From positions 1 to 54,570 of the forward strand of contig JAZRZD010000034.1 of assembly GCA_045601085.1 (NCBI GenBank): 54,570 nt of DNA. Direction: 5' to 3'. The stretch is from Bacilli bacterium (GTDB lineage Bacteria; Bacillota_I; Bacilli_A; RFN20; CAG-826). This document shows positions 1-9,746 of this stretch, one piece after another (positions within the stretch are counted from its first letter, which is position 1; each line of letters starts with the position of its first letter). The notes beneath the pieces are model-generated. The model saw only the letters and a program-made list of their open reading frames with translations. It did not search any database and had not been told where the DNA came from. Position numbers and translations under genes: made by a program.

Positions 1-2
1 CT

Positions 3-341
3 CCACAATATGGTGGGATTATGCATTGTTATTCTGGCAGTGTTGAAATGATGGATGAATTTATTAAACTCGGGTTATATATTGCATTAGGAGGACCCGT
101 AACTTTTACTAATGCAAAAATGCCTAAATTAGTAGCAGAACAAGTCCCACTAAATATACTCTTATTAGAGACAGATTCTCCTTACTTAGCCCCTCATCCT
201 TTAAGAGGAATGACAAACAAACCTGAATATATAAGATATGTTTTGGATGCTATTGCAGACATTAGAGGACTTTCTAAGAAACATATTGCTGATATTACAT
301 ATAAAAATTCCTGCGATTTATTAAAGATTAAAGATGAATAA
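3..341 (+). CDS. tatD: TatD-family Mg-dependent DNase/hydrolase, C-terminal part (5' end lies outside the window)
   Basis: ORF 21..341 is in frame and continues to the window edge. C-terminal motifs are TatD-like (…LETDSPYLAPHP…). Context tatD-rnmV-ksgA is conserved in Firmicutes. Confidence 0.75.
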   Translation, partial: PQYGGIMHCYSGSVEMMDEFIKLGLYIALGGPVTFTNAKMPKLVAEQVPLNILLLETDSPYLAPHPLRGMTNKPEYIRYVLDAIADIRGLSKKHIADITYKNSCDLLKIKDE

Positions 342-822
342 ATATTTAGATGGAATTTTAGTTGTTGAAGGAACATCTGATAGCGCGATGCTATCATCTT
401 TTATTATGTCTCCAATATTTGTTACTAATGGCTTTGAAGCTTCAAATAATTTAATAAAATTTTTAATTAAAGCTAACGAAAAATATAAGATTTATATACT
501 TACAGATCCTGATGAATCAGGAGAAAAAATATCAACAAATCTTTCAAAAAACCTGCAAAACTTTAAGATTTTATCTTTAACCGACCCTAAATTTAAAAAT
601 AAAACCAAACACGGTGTTGCAGAATTAGACTATAACTATATTCAAGAATATTTTAAAAATTATCTTATAGATGAAAACAAATTCTGTGAGTATCTTTCTG
701 CGTCTGATATTTGTTTTATGTCATGCGAAAAGTTATCTGAAAAGTTTTCAGTTTTTGGAAATAAAAAAGCAATGTTTAAACAACTTAATATTTTAGGAAT
801 TAAGAAAGAAGACTTATTATAA
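334..822 (+). CDS. rnmV: Ribonuclease M5 (Toprim domain, 5S rRNA maturase)
   Basis: N-terminal Toprim motif ILVVEGTSDSAML. Lies between tatD and ksgA as in Bacilli. Overlaps the tatD stop by 8 nt. Confidence 0.75.
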   Translation: MNKYLDGILVVEGTSDSAMLSSFIMSPIFVTNGFEASNNLIKFLIKANEKYKIYILTDPDESGEKISTNLSKNLQNFKILSLTDPKFKNKTKHGVAELDYNYIQEYFKNYLIDENKFCEYLSASDICFMSCEKLSEKFSVFGNKKAMFKQLNILGIKKEDLL

Positions 823-826
823 GGTT

Positions 827-1624
827 ATGGAAATAAATATTAAAAATATTCATACACTTTTGAGTGAGTTTGATATAAAACCAACTAAAGACAATGGTCA
901 AAACTTTTTAATTAATCCTGATATCGCTGCTAATATTGTAAACCTTTTAGGTTTTACTGATAGTGATAATGCTATTGAAATTGGTTCTGGATTAGGTTCT
1001 ATTACCCATTTTTTAAAAGAAAAAGGCGATATCCACTGTGTTGAGATAGATTCAAAACTTTCTGATATTTTAATGTTTTTATATAAAGATATTACTATAT
1101 ATAACCAAGATGCTTTAAAGTTTGATTTTAGTGAATATAACAAAATAATCTCTAATGTTCCTTATAGTATTTCAACAGATCTTTTAGAACACATATTGCT
1201 TTCATCGCCTAATTTAGAAAAAGGCGTATTTATGTGCCAGGAAGAGTTCGTAAAACGTTTACTTGCTAAAAATGGTAAGGATTATGGGCCTCTTTCAATA
1301 TTATTTTCTTTAGTTGGACAAATTAAAAAAGACTTTATTGTTCCTTGTTCTGCATTTGTGCCTCAACCAAAATGTAAATCTTTAGTATTTCATATTGATG
1401 TTAATAGAAAAGTGGAATTTAATGTGCTTTCTCAAGTGTATAAGCTTGTAAAACTCGCATTTTCTAATAGAAGAAAGACATTAATTAATAATTTAATTCA
1501 AGTGTATAACAAGGAAGAAGTTGTTAATACACTCTCAAAGTTAGGCTTAAATTTAAATTGTAGACCTGAAGAATTATCTCCAAATGACTTTATCAATATC
1601 TTTTTTTCTTTGAAAAATAGATAA
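827..1624 (+). CDS. rsmA: 16S rRNA (adenine1518/1519-N6)-dimethyltransferase KsgA/RsmA
   Basis: GQNFLINPDIA SAM-binding motif. 265 aa. RBS TAAGG upstream. Confidence 0.9.
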   Translation: MEINIKNIHTLLSEFDIKPTKDNGQNFLINPDIAANIVNLLGFTDSDNAIEIGSGLGSITHFLKEKGDIHCVEIDSKLSDILMFLYKDITIYNQDALKFDFSEYNKIISNVPYSISTDLLEHILLSSPNLEKGVFMCQEEFVKRLLAKNGKDYGPLSILFSLVGQIKKDFIVPCSAFVPQPKCKSLVFHIDVNRKVEFNVLSQVYKLVKLAFSNRRKTLINNLIQVYNKEEVVNTLSKLGLNLNCRPEELSPNDFINIFFSLKNR

Positions 1625-1646
1625 ATTAAAAATATAATTTAGTTGT

Positions 1647-2504
1647 ATGAAGAAGCAACTTTTTAAGAGTTATGCAAAAATAAATCTTTATTTAGACGTG
1701 AAAAACGTAAGAGATGATGGCTATCATGAACTTGATATGGTCATGATTCCTCTTGAATTACATGATTCTATTCTTGTTTCTGAACTTACCACTTCTCGTG
1801 ATAGTTTTGTTACTTTAGACGATTATTCATTAATTGGCTTCAAAGATAACATTGTTCAAAAAGCGGTAAACATTTTAACTGAGAAATATAATTTCAATCA
1901 CGTTGTTGAAATTTTAGTTCATAAAAATATTCCTATGAAAGCCGGTCTTGGTGGTGGCTCATCTAACGCTGGTACAGTGCTTCGTGGGATCAATAATATG
2001 TATAATTTAAAAATTTCTGATGAAGAATTAGAAAAAATAGGTCTTTCTTTAGGCGCTGATGTTCCATTCTTTTTTAAAGAAACATCATGCCGCGCTCAAG
2101 GTATTGGTGAAATTTTAACTCCTATAAAAATGGCTAAACAATATCACTGCCTTTTAGTATTCCCAAACGAAGGATGTTCGACTCCTGAAGTTTATAAAAA
2201 ACTTGATTCTTTTGAGGTAAATAACGGCAATATTGATAATGTAATTAAAGCCCTAGAAACAGGGGACGATGAACTATTAGAGCAATCTATCCATAATGAT
2301 TTAGAACCTGTTGCTATTTCATTGGTGCCTGATATACAAGTAGTAAAAGATAAATTACGCGAACAAGGTTTAAAAATAGTTTTAATGACGGGATCAGGTT
2401 CTTGTGTATTTGCTCTTTCAAGTGATAAGAAATTAATTAAGAAAGCTGAAAAAGCATTAGAAAACGACTATAGAGTTGAAGTTACAAAAACATTTAATAG
2501 GTAG
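1647..2504 (+). CDS. ispE: 4-diphosphocytidyl-2-C-methyl-D-erythritol kinase (MEP pathway)
   Basis: GHMP kinase motifs: KINLYLDV and PMKAGLGGGSSNA. 285 aa. Confidence 0.9.
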   Translation: MKKQLFKSYAKINLYLDVKNVRDDGYHELDMVMIPLELHDSILVSELTTSRDSFVTLDDYSLIGFKDNIVQKAVNILTEKYNFNHVVEILVHKNIPMKAGLGGGSSNAGTVLRGINNMYNLKISDEELEKIGLSLGADVPFFFKETSCRAQGIGEILTPIKMAKQYHCLLVFPNEGCSTPEVYKKLDSFEVNNGNIDNVIKALETGDDELLEQSIHNDLEPVAISLVPDIQVVKDKLREQGLKIVLMTGSGSCVFALSSDKKLIKKAEKALENDYRVEVTKTFNR

Positions 2505-2512
2505 GTGTTTAT

Positions 2513-3919
2513 ATGAATAGATATGCAATTATTTTAGCAGCAGGAAAAGGTACAAGAATGAAATCCCTTAACCAAGAAAAATCAAAAGCTTCTTATTTGA
2601 TTCTTGGTAAACCATTAGTGAATTATGTTTTGGATGCAGTAAATTCTCTTGGAATTTCAGATGTTACTACTGTTGTTGGCTGTGGTGGAGAAGAAACTAC
2701 CAAATTAGTAGAAGAATCATCTAAGGTTGTGTGGCAACACGAAATATTAGGTACTGGCCACGCAGTATTACAAGCAAAAGAAATTCTTGAAAATAAAGAT
2801 GGAGAAACAATTATTTTATGTTGTGATACTCCATTAATCACATCAAAAACATTGCAAAACCTAATTAATTATCATGAAACAAATAATAATTCATTAACTT
2901 TGATATCTGCAAAACTAGATAATCCATTTGGTTATGGAAGAATTCTTAGAAATAACAATAATGATGTTGTTTGCATTAAAGAACAAAAAGATTGTTCTGC
3001 CGACGAAAACAATATTAATGAAGTTAATGCTGGCATGTATATTGTTGATAACAAACTACTTTTTAAGCATTTAGACGATGTTAAAAACAATAATAACCAA
3101 AAAGAATATTATTTAACTGATATCGTTGAAATATTTTTGAAAAATAATTTAAAAGTCGGTGCATATATTTTAGAAGATAGTAGTGAGATGCTTGGTATTA
3201 ACGACCGCGTCCAGCTTGCTACCGCTACTAAAATTTTAAGAAATAGAATTAATGAGAAATTAATGCTTTCTGGTGTAACCTTAGAAGATCCAGATTCTAC
3301 ATATATTTCTCCTGATGTAGTAATTGGGCAAGATTCAATTATTGGCCCTAATGTTAAGATTGTTGGCAAATGTGTAATAGGCACAAACAACACTATTAGC
3401 CAAAACAGTTATTTAGAAGATGTTGAAATTGGTGATAATAACAAAATTTTATCTTCTTATTTAACCCAAACTCATATGGGAAATAATAATGAAATTGGCC
3501 CTTACACAAAAACAAGAGCCAATACTTGGATTGAAGATAATTGTAGAATTGGTAACTTCGTAGAACTTAAGAATGTTCACTATCATAATGGCGTTAAATC
3601 TGCTCATTTAACATATATTGGGGATACTGAAGTAGGAGAAAGAACAAATATTGGTTGTATGACTGTTACAGCAAATTATGATGGTTACAATAAGAGTAGA
3701 ACCTCTATTGGTAAAGATACATTCGTTGGTTCTGGCACAATTATTGTTGCTCCATTAACTTTAGAAGATGAAACATTTACTGCTGCGGGCAGTGTTATTG
3801 TGAAAGATGTACATAAAGACGAAATGGCGATTGCACGTGCAAGACAAGAAAATAAACCTCACTTAAGATCAATTTTCTTAATGAGAGCAAAAGCTAAAAA
3901 GGAAGCAAGTAAGAAATAG
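2513..3919 (+). CDS. glmU: Bifunctional UDP-GlcNAc pyrophosphorylase / GlcN-1-P acetyltransferase GlmU, with Asn-rich low-complexity insertions
   Basis: N-terminal AIILAAGKGTRMKS nucleotidyltransferase motif. C-terminal left-handed beta-helix hexapeptide repeats. Strong RBS AGGTAGGTG. Poly-N insertions (NNNNDVV, VKNNNNQKEY, MGNNNEIGP). Confidence 0.9.
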   Translation: MNRYAIILAAGKGTRMKSLNQEKSKASYLILGKPLVNYVLDAVNSLGISDVTTVVGCGGEETTKLVEESSKVVWQHEILGTGHAVLQAKEILENKDGETIILCCDTPLITSKTLQNLINYHETNNNSLTLISAKLDNPFGYGRILRNNNNDVVCIKEQKDCSADENNINEVNAGMYIVDNKLLFKHLDDVKNNNNQKEYYLTDIVEIFLKNNLKVGAYILEDSSEMLGINDRVQLATATKILRNRINEKLMLSGVTLEDPDSTYISPDVVIGQDSIIGPNVKIVGKCVIGTNNTISQNSYLEDVEIGDNNKILSSYLTQTHMGNNNEIGPYTKTRANTWIEDNCRIGNFVELKNVHYHNGVKSAHLTYIGDTEVGERTNIGCMTVTANYDGYNKSRTSIGKDTFVGSGTIIVAPLTLEDETFTAAGSVIVKDVHKDEMAIARARQENKPHLRSIFLMRAKAKKEASKK

Positions 3920-3920
3920 T

Positions 3921-4163
3921 ATGTTAATCATTAATTCATACGGGAAAAACATATACGTTAAAGACGAAATAGTCGGATATATCCGCGAAAATGAACTTGT
4001 TGTTAGTAAGAGAGTTTTTGCAAATATTACTGATAATGGTATTATTTCCATTAGTGGTAGAAAAATAGGATTTGTAGATGACGATGGATCAATAATCATT
4101 AATAATAAAGAAGTTGGTTATATAGATCCTAACAATAATTTCGTTTTTACTGTTAAAATATAA
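3921..4163 (+). CDS. Hypothetical small protein (80 aa) with an internal duplicated motif (…IYVKDEIVGYI… / …NNKEVGYIDPNNNF…)
   Basis: ORF tightly packed between glmU (stop 3919) and glcK. No recognisable family. The start ATG overlaps the glmU stop context. Confidence 0.35.
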   Translation: MLIINSYGKNIYVKDEIVGYIRENELVVSKRVFANITDNGIISISGRKIGFVDDDGSIIINNKEVGYIDPNNNFVFTVKI

Positions 4164-4174
4164 GGAGACACATT

Positions 4175-5125
4175 ATGTTAGTTGTTGGTATTGATATCGG
4201 TGGAATGTCCATTAAAGGTGCACTTGTTAATGAGCAAGGAAAAGTTTTAAATACTTTTAGCTTACCAATTATTTGTGGTGAACCAAGCGAACAAACAATC
4301 TCAAATCTTGCTAAAGCAATCAAATCACTTATTACAGATAACGGTTACGCTCTTGGTGATGTAATCGGTATTGGTGTTGGTTGCCCAGGCGCTATTGACT
4401 CCACACAAGGTATTGTTAATTACTCTAACAACTTAGCTTGGAACGATGTTCCATTAAAGTCACTACTTGAAAAAGGTACTGGAATTCCAGTTAAAATTAC
4501 TAACGATGCAAATGCTGCAACATTAGGTGAAGCTAAATTTGGTAGTGGGAAAGATAATAAAAACCTTATCATAATTACCTTAGGTACTGGTGTTGGTGGT
4601 GGAATTATCATCGATGGCAAATTATATGAAGGAAATGATGGCAAAGGTGCAGAAATTGGACATACAGTCATCGTTGTAGATGGTGAACAATGTACATGCG
4701 GACGTAAAGGCTGTTTTGAAGCATATTCTTCCGCTTCCGCTTTAATTAAAAAGACCAAGAAAGAAATGATGAAAGATGAAAAATCATTATTGTGGTCATT
4801 AGCTAAAAACGATATTAACAATGTAAATGGAAAGCTTGCTTTTGACGGTGCAAAAGCAGGAGATAAATGTGCTGAAGAAATTATTGAATGGTACGTTAAA
4901 TATTTAGGTGAAGGTATTTTAAATTTCTGTAATATCTTTAGACCAGACGCAATTATCCTTTCTGGAGGTATTGCAAATCAAGGTGATTATTTAATTAATA
5001 AATTAGTTAAATACTGTGAAGATAGAGATTACGGTTATAAGAGAACCCCAGCCGTACAAATTAAAAGAGCTGTTATCGGTTACGAATCAGGAATGATTGG
5101 TGCTGCAGCCTTATTTATCGATTAA
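4175..5125 (+). CDS. glcK: ROK-family glucokinase
   Basis: N-terminal GIDIGGMSIKGALV ATPase motif. ROK zinc motif CTCGRKGCFEAY. RBS AAGGAG 7 nt upstream. Confidence 0.8.
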   Translation: MLVVGIDIGGMSIKGALVNEQGKVLNTFSLPIICGEPSEQTISNLAKAIKSLITDNGYALGDVIGIGVGCPGAIDSTQGIVNYSNNLAWNDVPLKSLLEKGTGIPVKITNDANAATLGEAKFGSGKDNKNLIIITLGTGVGGGIIIDGKLYEGNDGKGAEIGHTVIVVDGEQCTCGRKGCFEAYSSASALIKKTKKEMMKDEKSLLWSLAKNDINNVNGKLAFDGAKAGDKCAEEIIEWYVKYLGEGILNFCNIFRPDAIILSGGIANQGDYLINKLVKYCEDRDYGYKRTPAVQIKRAVIGYESGMIGAAALFID

Positions 5126-5724
5126 TTAGTTTTTGTATTTAATATTTTTACCCATAAAACAATAGCAATTTGTGCAGGAACGCCTAATAAGAATATAGGC
5201 CATATTGCTTGCTCTAAGAATTGTAAGAAGAACGCTGCTAATAAGCTCCACATAAATAACGATAAAAACACAAAATAAACATTCCTGTTATGGAACCACA
5301 GTTTGTTAAAAGCTATTACTGCAAGGAATGTTCCTGGCACAAACCAAATAAACACTAACCATAAAAGAGGGCTTGTTCCTGGATCTTTTATTAATGCAAA
5401 AACATAAATAATTGTGGCAATCATCCATAATAAAGTAATTACTAATGCAGTAATTGTTATACGTTTCGCATTAAGTGTTTTATCTTTTACATAATCTGAT
5501 TTGGATTTTCTACTTCCTTCATGAGTAAGATAGTCCATTGTAACACCATAAAACTCGCATAATTGATATAAAGTCTCAACATCTGGAAGAGCTTCTCCAG
5601 TCTCCCATTTACTAATAGCTTTATCTGAATAATTAAACTTATTTGCGAGTTCTAATTGGGTTAAATTTTTATTTTTTCTGAGTTCTGATAGGTTTCTCCC
5701 AATTATGTTTTTAATGTTTTCCAT
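5122..5724 (-). CDS. Membrane-anchored XRE-family HTH transcriptional regulator (N-terminal HTH, ~4 C-terminal TM helices)
   Basis: HTH_3 motif LTQLELANKFNYSDKAISKWETG. The C-terminal ~110 aa are strongly hydrophobic helical segments. Convergent with glcK (stops overlap). Divergent from the exported-protein operon. Confidence 0.7.
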   Translation of the reverse strand: MENIKNIIGRNLSELRKNKNLTQLELANKFNYSDKAISKWETGEALPDVETLYQLCEFYGVTMDYLTHEGSRKSKSDYVKDKTLNAKRITITALVITLLWMIATIIYVFALIKDPGTSPLLWLVFIWFVPGTFLAVIAFNKLWFHNRNVYFVFLSLFMWSLLAAFFLQFLEQAIWPIFLLGVPAQIAIVLWVKILNTKTN

Positions 5725-5869
5725 AACCTAAATATAATTTGTATTTTTCTATATTTCAACAATAGAATTGTAAATTCTCTTTTATTTCTACTTCTCTAAT
5801 CTAACTCTAATTTGATTTCTTGCAATCATAGAGTGCGCTTACGCATACGAATATTTATCATATGAAACT

Positions 5870-6814
5870 ATGGAATTTGGGAACAATTCTTCATCTTCAA
5901 AATCAAAAAAGGTCTTAGCTATTGTCTTACCTCTTATCTTTTCAATTGGATTAGGTGTTGGTGCAGGTATATTAATTAACAAATTATTCTTAGGTCCTGC
6001 AGTTCAAGTAGACTATGAATCTTTTTCATCTAACTCTTACGAACCAAATGTTGATAGTGCTATGGCTAAATATAATGCCGCAAAAAGTAATGGTGGAAAT
6101 TATCAAAGCACAATGTCTGCTACAGAAATGGTAAATGTTGGATATAAATTATATGAAAACACAGACAACAGAATTAATTACCAGTATGGATTAGTAGACG
6201 CAAAAGTAGTAAAACAAACAATTCGTGCAGTTTCCATAAAAGTAGGAAATAAATATTTTGAAGAGCAAATTTCTAATTCTTGGGCAGCCCAAGTTGCTGC
6301 AAGAACTTTCCAAGATGGAGATCAAATATCTTTCTATAGAGGAAATAATGGAACTGAAACCGCTGCACAGTGGGAGAATCAAGCACAAGTATACACAATA
6401 GAAAACTATATTGAAGACTTTGGCCGTGCGCCTAGTACAGCTGCTCAAGTGTTTATTATTTCTGATAGAACAGTAAATTATGAAAATACATCAATTAAAA
6501 AAGAAGATGGATTATATAAGATTCATCTAGATTTTAAAGTCCCATATTCTGTTTTGAAATATGTATGCCAAATGAAAAGTATTTCTGATTTAGCGGAAAA
6601 ACCTTCATTTTATTCGTTAAATGTTGATTATGTCCTTGATAGCGATCTCATGATTTTATCTATGACCACCCATGAACATTATTATGCTCGTACAAAACAA
6701 GGCGTTGGTAGTGAATCAACTGGTAGCCTAGAAGTTTTTTATTACACAGACAGAAATCCTTCAATTCCTAATTTGACTGATAACATTGATTATTCAGTAG
6801 GGAGGAGAAGTTAA
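5870..6814 (+). CDS. Hypothetical signal-anchored/exported protein (314 aa)
   Basis: N-terminal hydrophobic segment VLAIVLPLIFSIGLGVGAGILI after a short polar N-terminus, then a polar extracellular-type domain. No SD sequence. Stop overlaps the ATG of the next gene (TAATG). Confidence 0.5.
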   Translation: MEFGNNSSSSKSKKVLAIVLPLIFSIGLGVGAGILINKLFLGPAVQVDYESFSSNSYEPNVDSAMAKYNAAKSNGGNYQSTMSATEMVNVGYKLYENTDNRINYQYGLVDAKVVKQTIRAVSIKVGNKYFEEQISNSWAAQVAARTFQDGDQISFYRGNNGTETAAQWENQAQVYTIENYIEDFGRAPSTAAQVFIISDRTVNYENTSIKKEDGLYKIHLDFKVPYSVLKYVCQMKSISDLAEKPSFYSLNVDYVLDSDLMILSMTTHEHYYARTKQGVGSESTGSLEVFYYTDRNPSIPNLTDNIDYSVGRRS

Positions 6815-9639
6815 TGAAATTCTGGATTAAAACATTAACTGCCTCTGTTATTGCTTTCTTACTTTCTGGTGGAAGTACAATTTTGATCTCTCGAGGTGTA
6901 GAAAAAGCCCAATATGAAAGTAATTTTTCTAGTGATGCTCCTGAATCTGAAGCTAATATACCTGTTGCACCTGTATTAAGTGATAACGATAAATTCATAA
7001 ACTCTTTATCTTCAATGGGAAATCTTGAAGGTAATTTACAATGCGTTATCTCTACATCTGATTATGTGTTTAATATTTCTTCTTATATTGCCGTTGGTAT
7101 GGAAGATTTGAATAATATCTCCGCAAAAGCTAACTTATCCTTAAAATATGATGATGTTAATTTAGATATTGGTGTTACTTATATCGATGAAACTATATTT
7201 TTAGATTTGTTTGATCAAAAGATTAAATTACAAACTTCTAAATTTTCTGATTTGTTAGATGTGTTTAGCTCTTTTGATATTCCATTAACCTTACCTGAAG
7301 AATTAACAAATATTAATCTTGATAACCTTATGGGTAACTTAGCCACAATGGAAGTTAATAAAAAGAACAACCATCTTTTCTATGATTTTTATTTATTTAA
7401 TGATTGCTCACCAATAGTGTTTGAAAGTGATTTGGATTATAACTTATGCGGATTATCATTAAATAATTTTAGTTTTGCAGGTGTTTCTATTAACGCAATT
7501 GCATCAGTTATTGTTTTAGGAGAAGGAAATAATAAAGTTGTCTCTCCAGAATCAGACACTATTAAATATGTTGATGGTTCTCAATATTTTGGTTTAGCAA
7601 AAACTATTAAGTCTATATTTGAAAAAGAACAATTAGGCATTGCTTATGAAGTGTCCGCAACAAACGAAGATGATATTTTAAGTGTTAATGGCAATATTGA
7701 TTTCTCTTTTGTTAATAACAACATAAAGGCCGCAATAATTGGGGATTTTGGTATTAATGGTTATACAAAAGATTATGAAGTTAGTTATCTAAATGATGCC
7801 ATTTATGTAAATCTTAATAACACTTTTAAAGTTGGTTATACAGTAAATGGAATTAATGATTTGATAACAATAATTAAAGGTCACTTACTAGAAGAACCAT
7901 TTATTTCATTAGTAAGTAGTGCTCAAAATATTTCTCTTCCTGTAGTTGAGTTAATTAAACAAGAGAAATATAAGGAAGTTATTTCTTATTTTGATTCTAT
8001 TTCATTTACAGATACTTCTATTAAATTAACTTTAGACGGTAATGCTTTCGGTACTGATTCATTAGTGAGTATATCTATTGAAAAACAAGATGATGAATTC
8101 AAAAAGATTGTTATTTCCGACTTATCCATTATGGGATATTCAATAAATGTTTCATTAACATTATGTGATTACATAGAAATTAAAGATGTTAATAGCGATG
8201 AATATTCAATGATTGACACAATTAATAACACTTTTGACGATATATTTAACCTTGTTCAACAAACAAAGTTTGGTGCAAATATTTATGGAAGTATTGGTGG
8301 AATCACATTTGGTGGATCAACTCAATTTGATTTAGATACCAAGAGTGGCTGTGGAACAATTTCTATTGATGATCCAGAAGGTAGAACTCATAACGTTATT
8401 ATTGATATTACTGGACCTGAGAATGATGAGTTTAACGCTGAAATGGTGTTTGATTACTTTGATGCTAATAATAATCACATGAAAGGTATTGTTTCCATTG
8501 CATCATTAAATGAACTTATCAATGTTGTTATGGACATATTAAATAGTGGTGAAATCAGATGGAGCCAATATGTTGATAAAATCAATGAAACCATTTTAAG
8601 TGAAACCATAAATAGAGTAAAAAATGGCGAATATGAAGCACTTTTGATTGATAACATTATTAATTCATTTGTAATTGATGAGTCGGGTATTACTGTTGAA
8701 GTTAATGGAAACTTGATTGGAGAAACAAACCCACTCACACTTAAAGTATTAACTAAAGAAGATGGTTCATTAAAAGGTGTATCTATATTAGGCACCGCAA
8801 TGGGATTAGATTTAGATATTAATGTTGAACTAACATCATTTAATGCTGAACACTTAACATTATTAACAGTTGATGATTCTTATATTGATTTCGGTGATAT
8901 TACAACATTAGTGGAATATCTATTTAACACCGCACAACTTAACTATTTTGACTTATCAGGCAAACTTGGTTTAGGTGGATCCACAATCATGGAATTAGCA
9001 AGTAGCTTACTTGGTGTAGATATGGATTTAGAAGCAAAAGTGGTAATAGATGAAGAAGAAAATGTTTCTGCTTATATAGCAGTTAAAGGAATTCCTACTA
9101 CATTATTACTTTCTAACTACGGCACTATTGGAAATGATTCTAACAGTGAAATGTATATTGATATAAAAAACGAATGCGTTTACATTCATAACAAAGTTAC
9201 TGGATTATTTAATATCAAAATGGGTGAAACCTCTTTAAAGTTGACTTTAAACGAATTTATTAACAATATTGAATACTATTTGGTGAATGTTTTCTTAAAT
9301 ATGAAGATTGATATCCCAGAAACTAAAGAAAATCTCATTTGTTTCCCAAAGATTATTTCTTCTTATTCATTCACTGATGGAGAAAATCCAAAATGGCAAA
9401 TTGCATTAAATATGGCTAATTTAGTGGGTTCTAACGCACTTAATGATTTAACCGCTACAATTACAGGAAATAAAGATGGTTATATAAGTGGCCTCAATGC
9501 AAGTTTGGGTGTCTTAAATGGTTTATTAGACGTCAATATTAATGCGTCACTAAATAATATAGGAAAGGAATTCGATTTCTCTTTCTTTACTAACTATATT
9601 AACGACCACGCTAATGATCAATTCTCATATTTAAATTAA
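6814..9639 (+). CDS. Large hypothetical exported/surface protein (941 aa), Asn/Asp/Ile-rich, no LPXTG
   Basis: Strong RBS GGGAGGAG. N-terminal signal/TM segment LTASVIAFLLSGGSTILIS. Translationally coupled to the upstream gene. Followed by a strong bidirectional terminator. Confidence 0.6.
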   Translation: MKFWIKTLTASVIAFLLSGGSTILISRGVEKAQYESNFSSDAPESEANIPVAPVLSDNDKFINSLSSMGNLEGNLQCVISTSDYVFNISSYIAVGMEDLNNISAKANLSLKYDDVNLDIGVTYIDETIFLDLFDQKIKLQTSKFSDLLDVFSSFDIPLTLPEELTNINLDNLMGNLATMEVNKKNNHLFYDFYLFNDCSPIVFESDLDYNLCGLSLNNFSFAGVSINAIASVIVLGEGNNKVVSPESDTIKYVDGSQYFGLAKTIKSIFEKEQLGIAYEVSATNEDDILSVNGNIDFSFVNNNIKAAIIGDFGINGYTKDYEVSYLNDAIYVNLNNTFKVGYTVNGINDLITIIKGHLLEEPFISLVSSAQNISLPVVELIKQEKYKEVISYFDSISFTDTSIKLTLDGNAFGTDSLVSISIEKQDDEFKKIVISDLSIMGYSINVSLTLCDYIEIKDVNSDEYSMIDTINNTFDDIFNLVQQTKFGANIYGSIGGITFGGSTQFDLDTKSGCGTISIDDPEGRTHNVIIDITGPENDEFNAEMVFDYFDANNNHMKGIVSIASLNELINVVMDILNSGEIRWSQYVDKINETILSETINRVKNGEYEALLIDNIINSFVIDESGITVEVNGNLIGETNPLTLKVLTKEDGSLKGVSILGTAMGLDLDINVELTSFNAEHLTLLTVDDSYIDFGDITTLVEYLFNTAQLNYFDLSGKLGLGGSTIMELASSLLGVDMDLEAKVVIDEEENVSAYIAVKGIPTTLLLSNYGTIGNDSNSEMYIDIKNECVYIHNKVTGLFNIKMGETSLKLTLNEFINNIEYYLVNVFLNMKIDIPETKENLICFPKIISSYSFTDGENPKWQIALNMANLVGSNALNDLTATITGNKDGYISGLNASLGVLNGLLDVNINASLNNIGKEFDFSFFTNYINDHANDQFSYLN

Positions 9640-9695
9640 TTAAGTAATTAAAGAATATATTTAACAGAACTTGGATCAATTGATTTTGTTTTAAG

Positions 9696-9733
9696 CACAA
9701 AAAAACCGTTACCTTAATTGATAACGGTTTTTG
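9696..9733. terminator. Bidirectional rho-independent terminator between the surface-protein operon (+) and ppdK (-)
   Basis: Perfect 9-bp stem AAACCGTTA/TAACGGTTT with a 10-nt loop, flanked by an A-run 5' and a T-run 3'. Confidence 0.75.
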
Positions 9734-9746
9734 AATATTCAGTTAA

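Noticed and set aside
5861-5869. Alternative upstream ATG (5862) for the 5870 ORF
   Set aside because: It is out of frame with the long ORF (8-nt offset).
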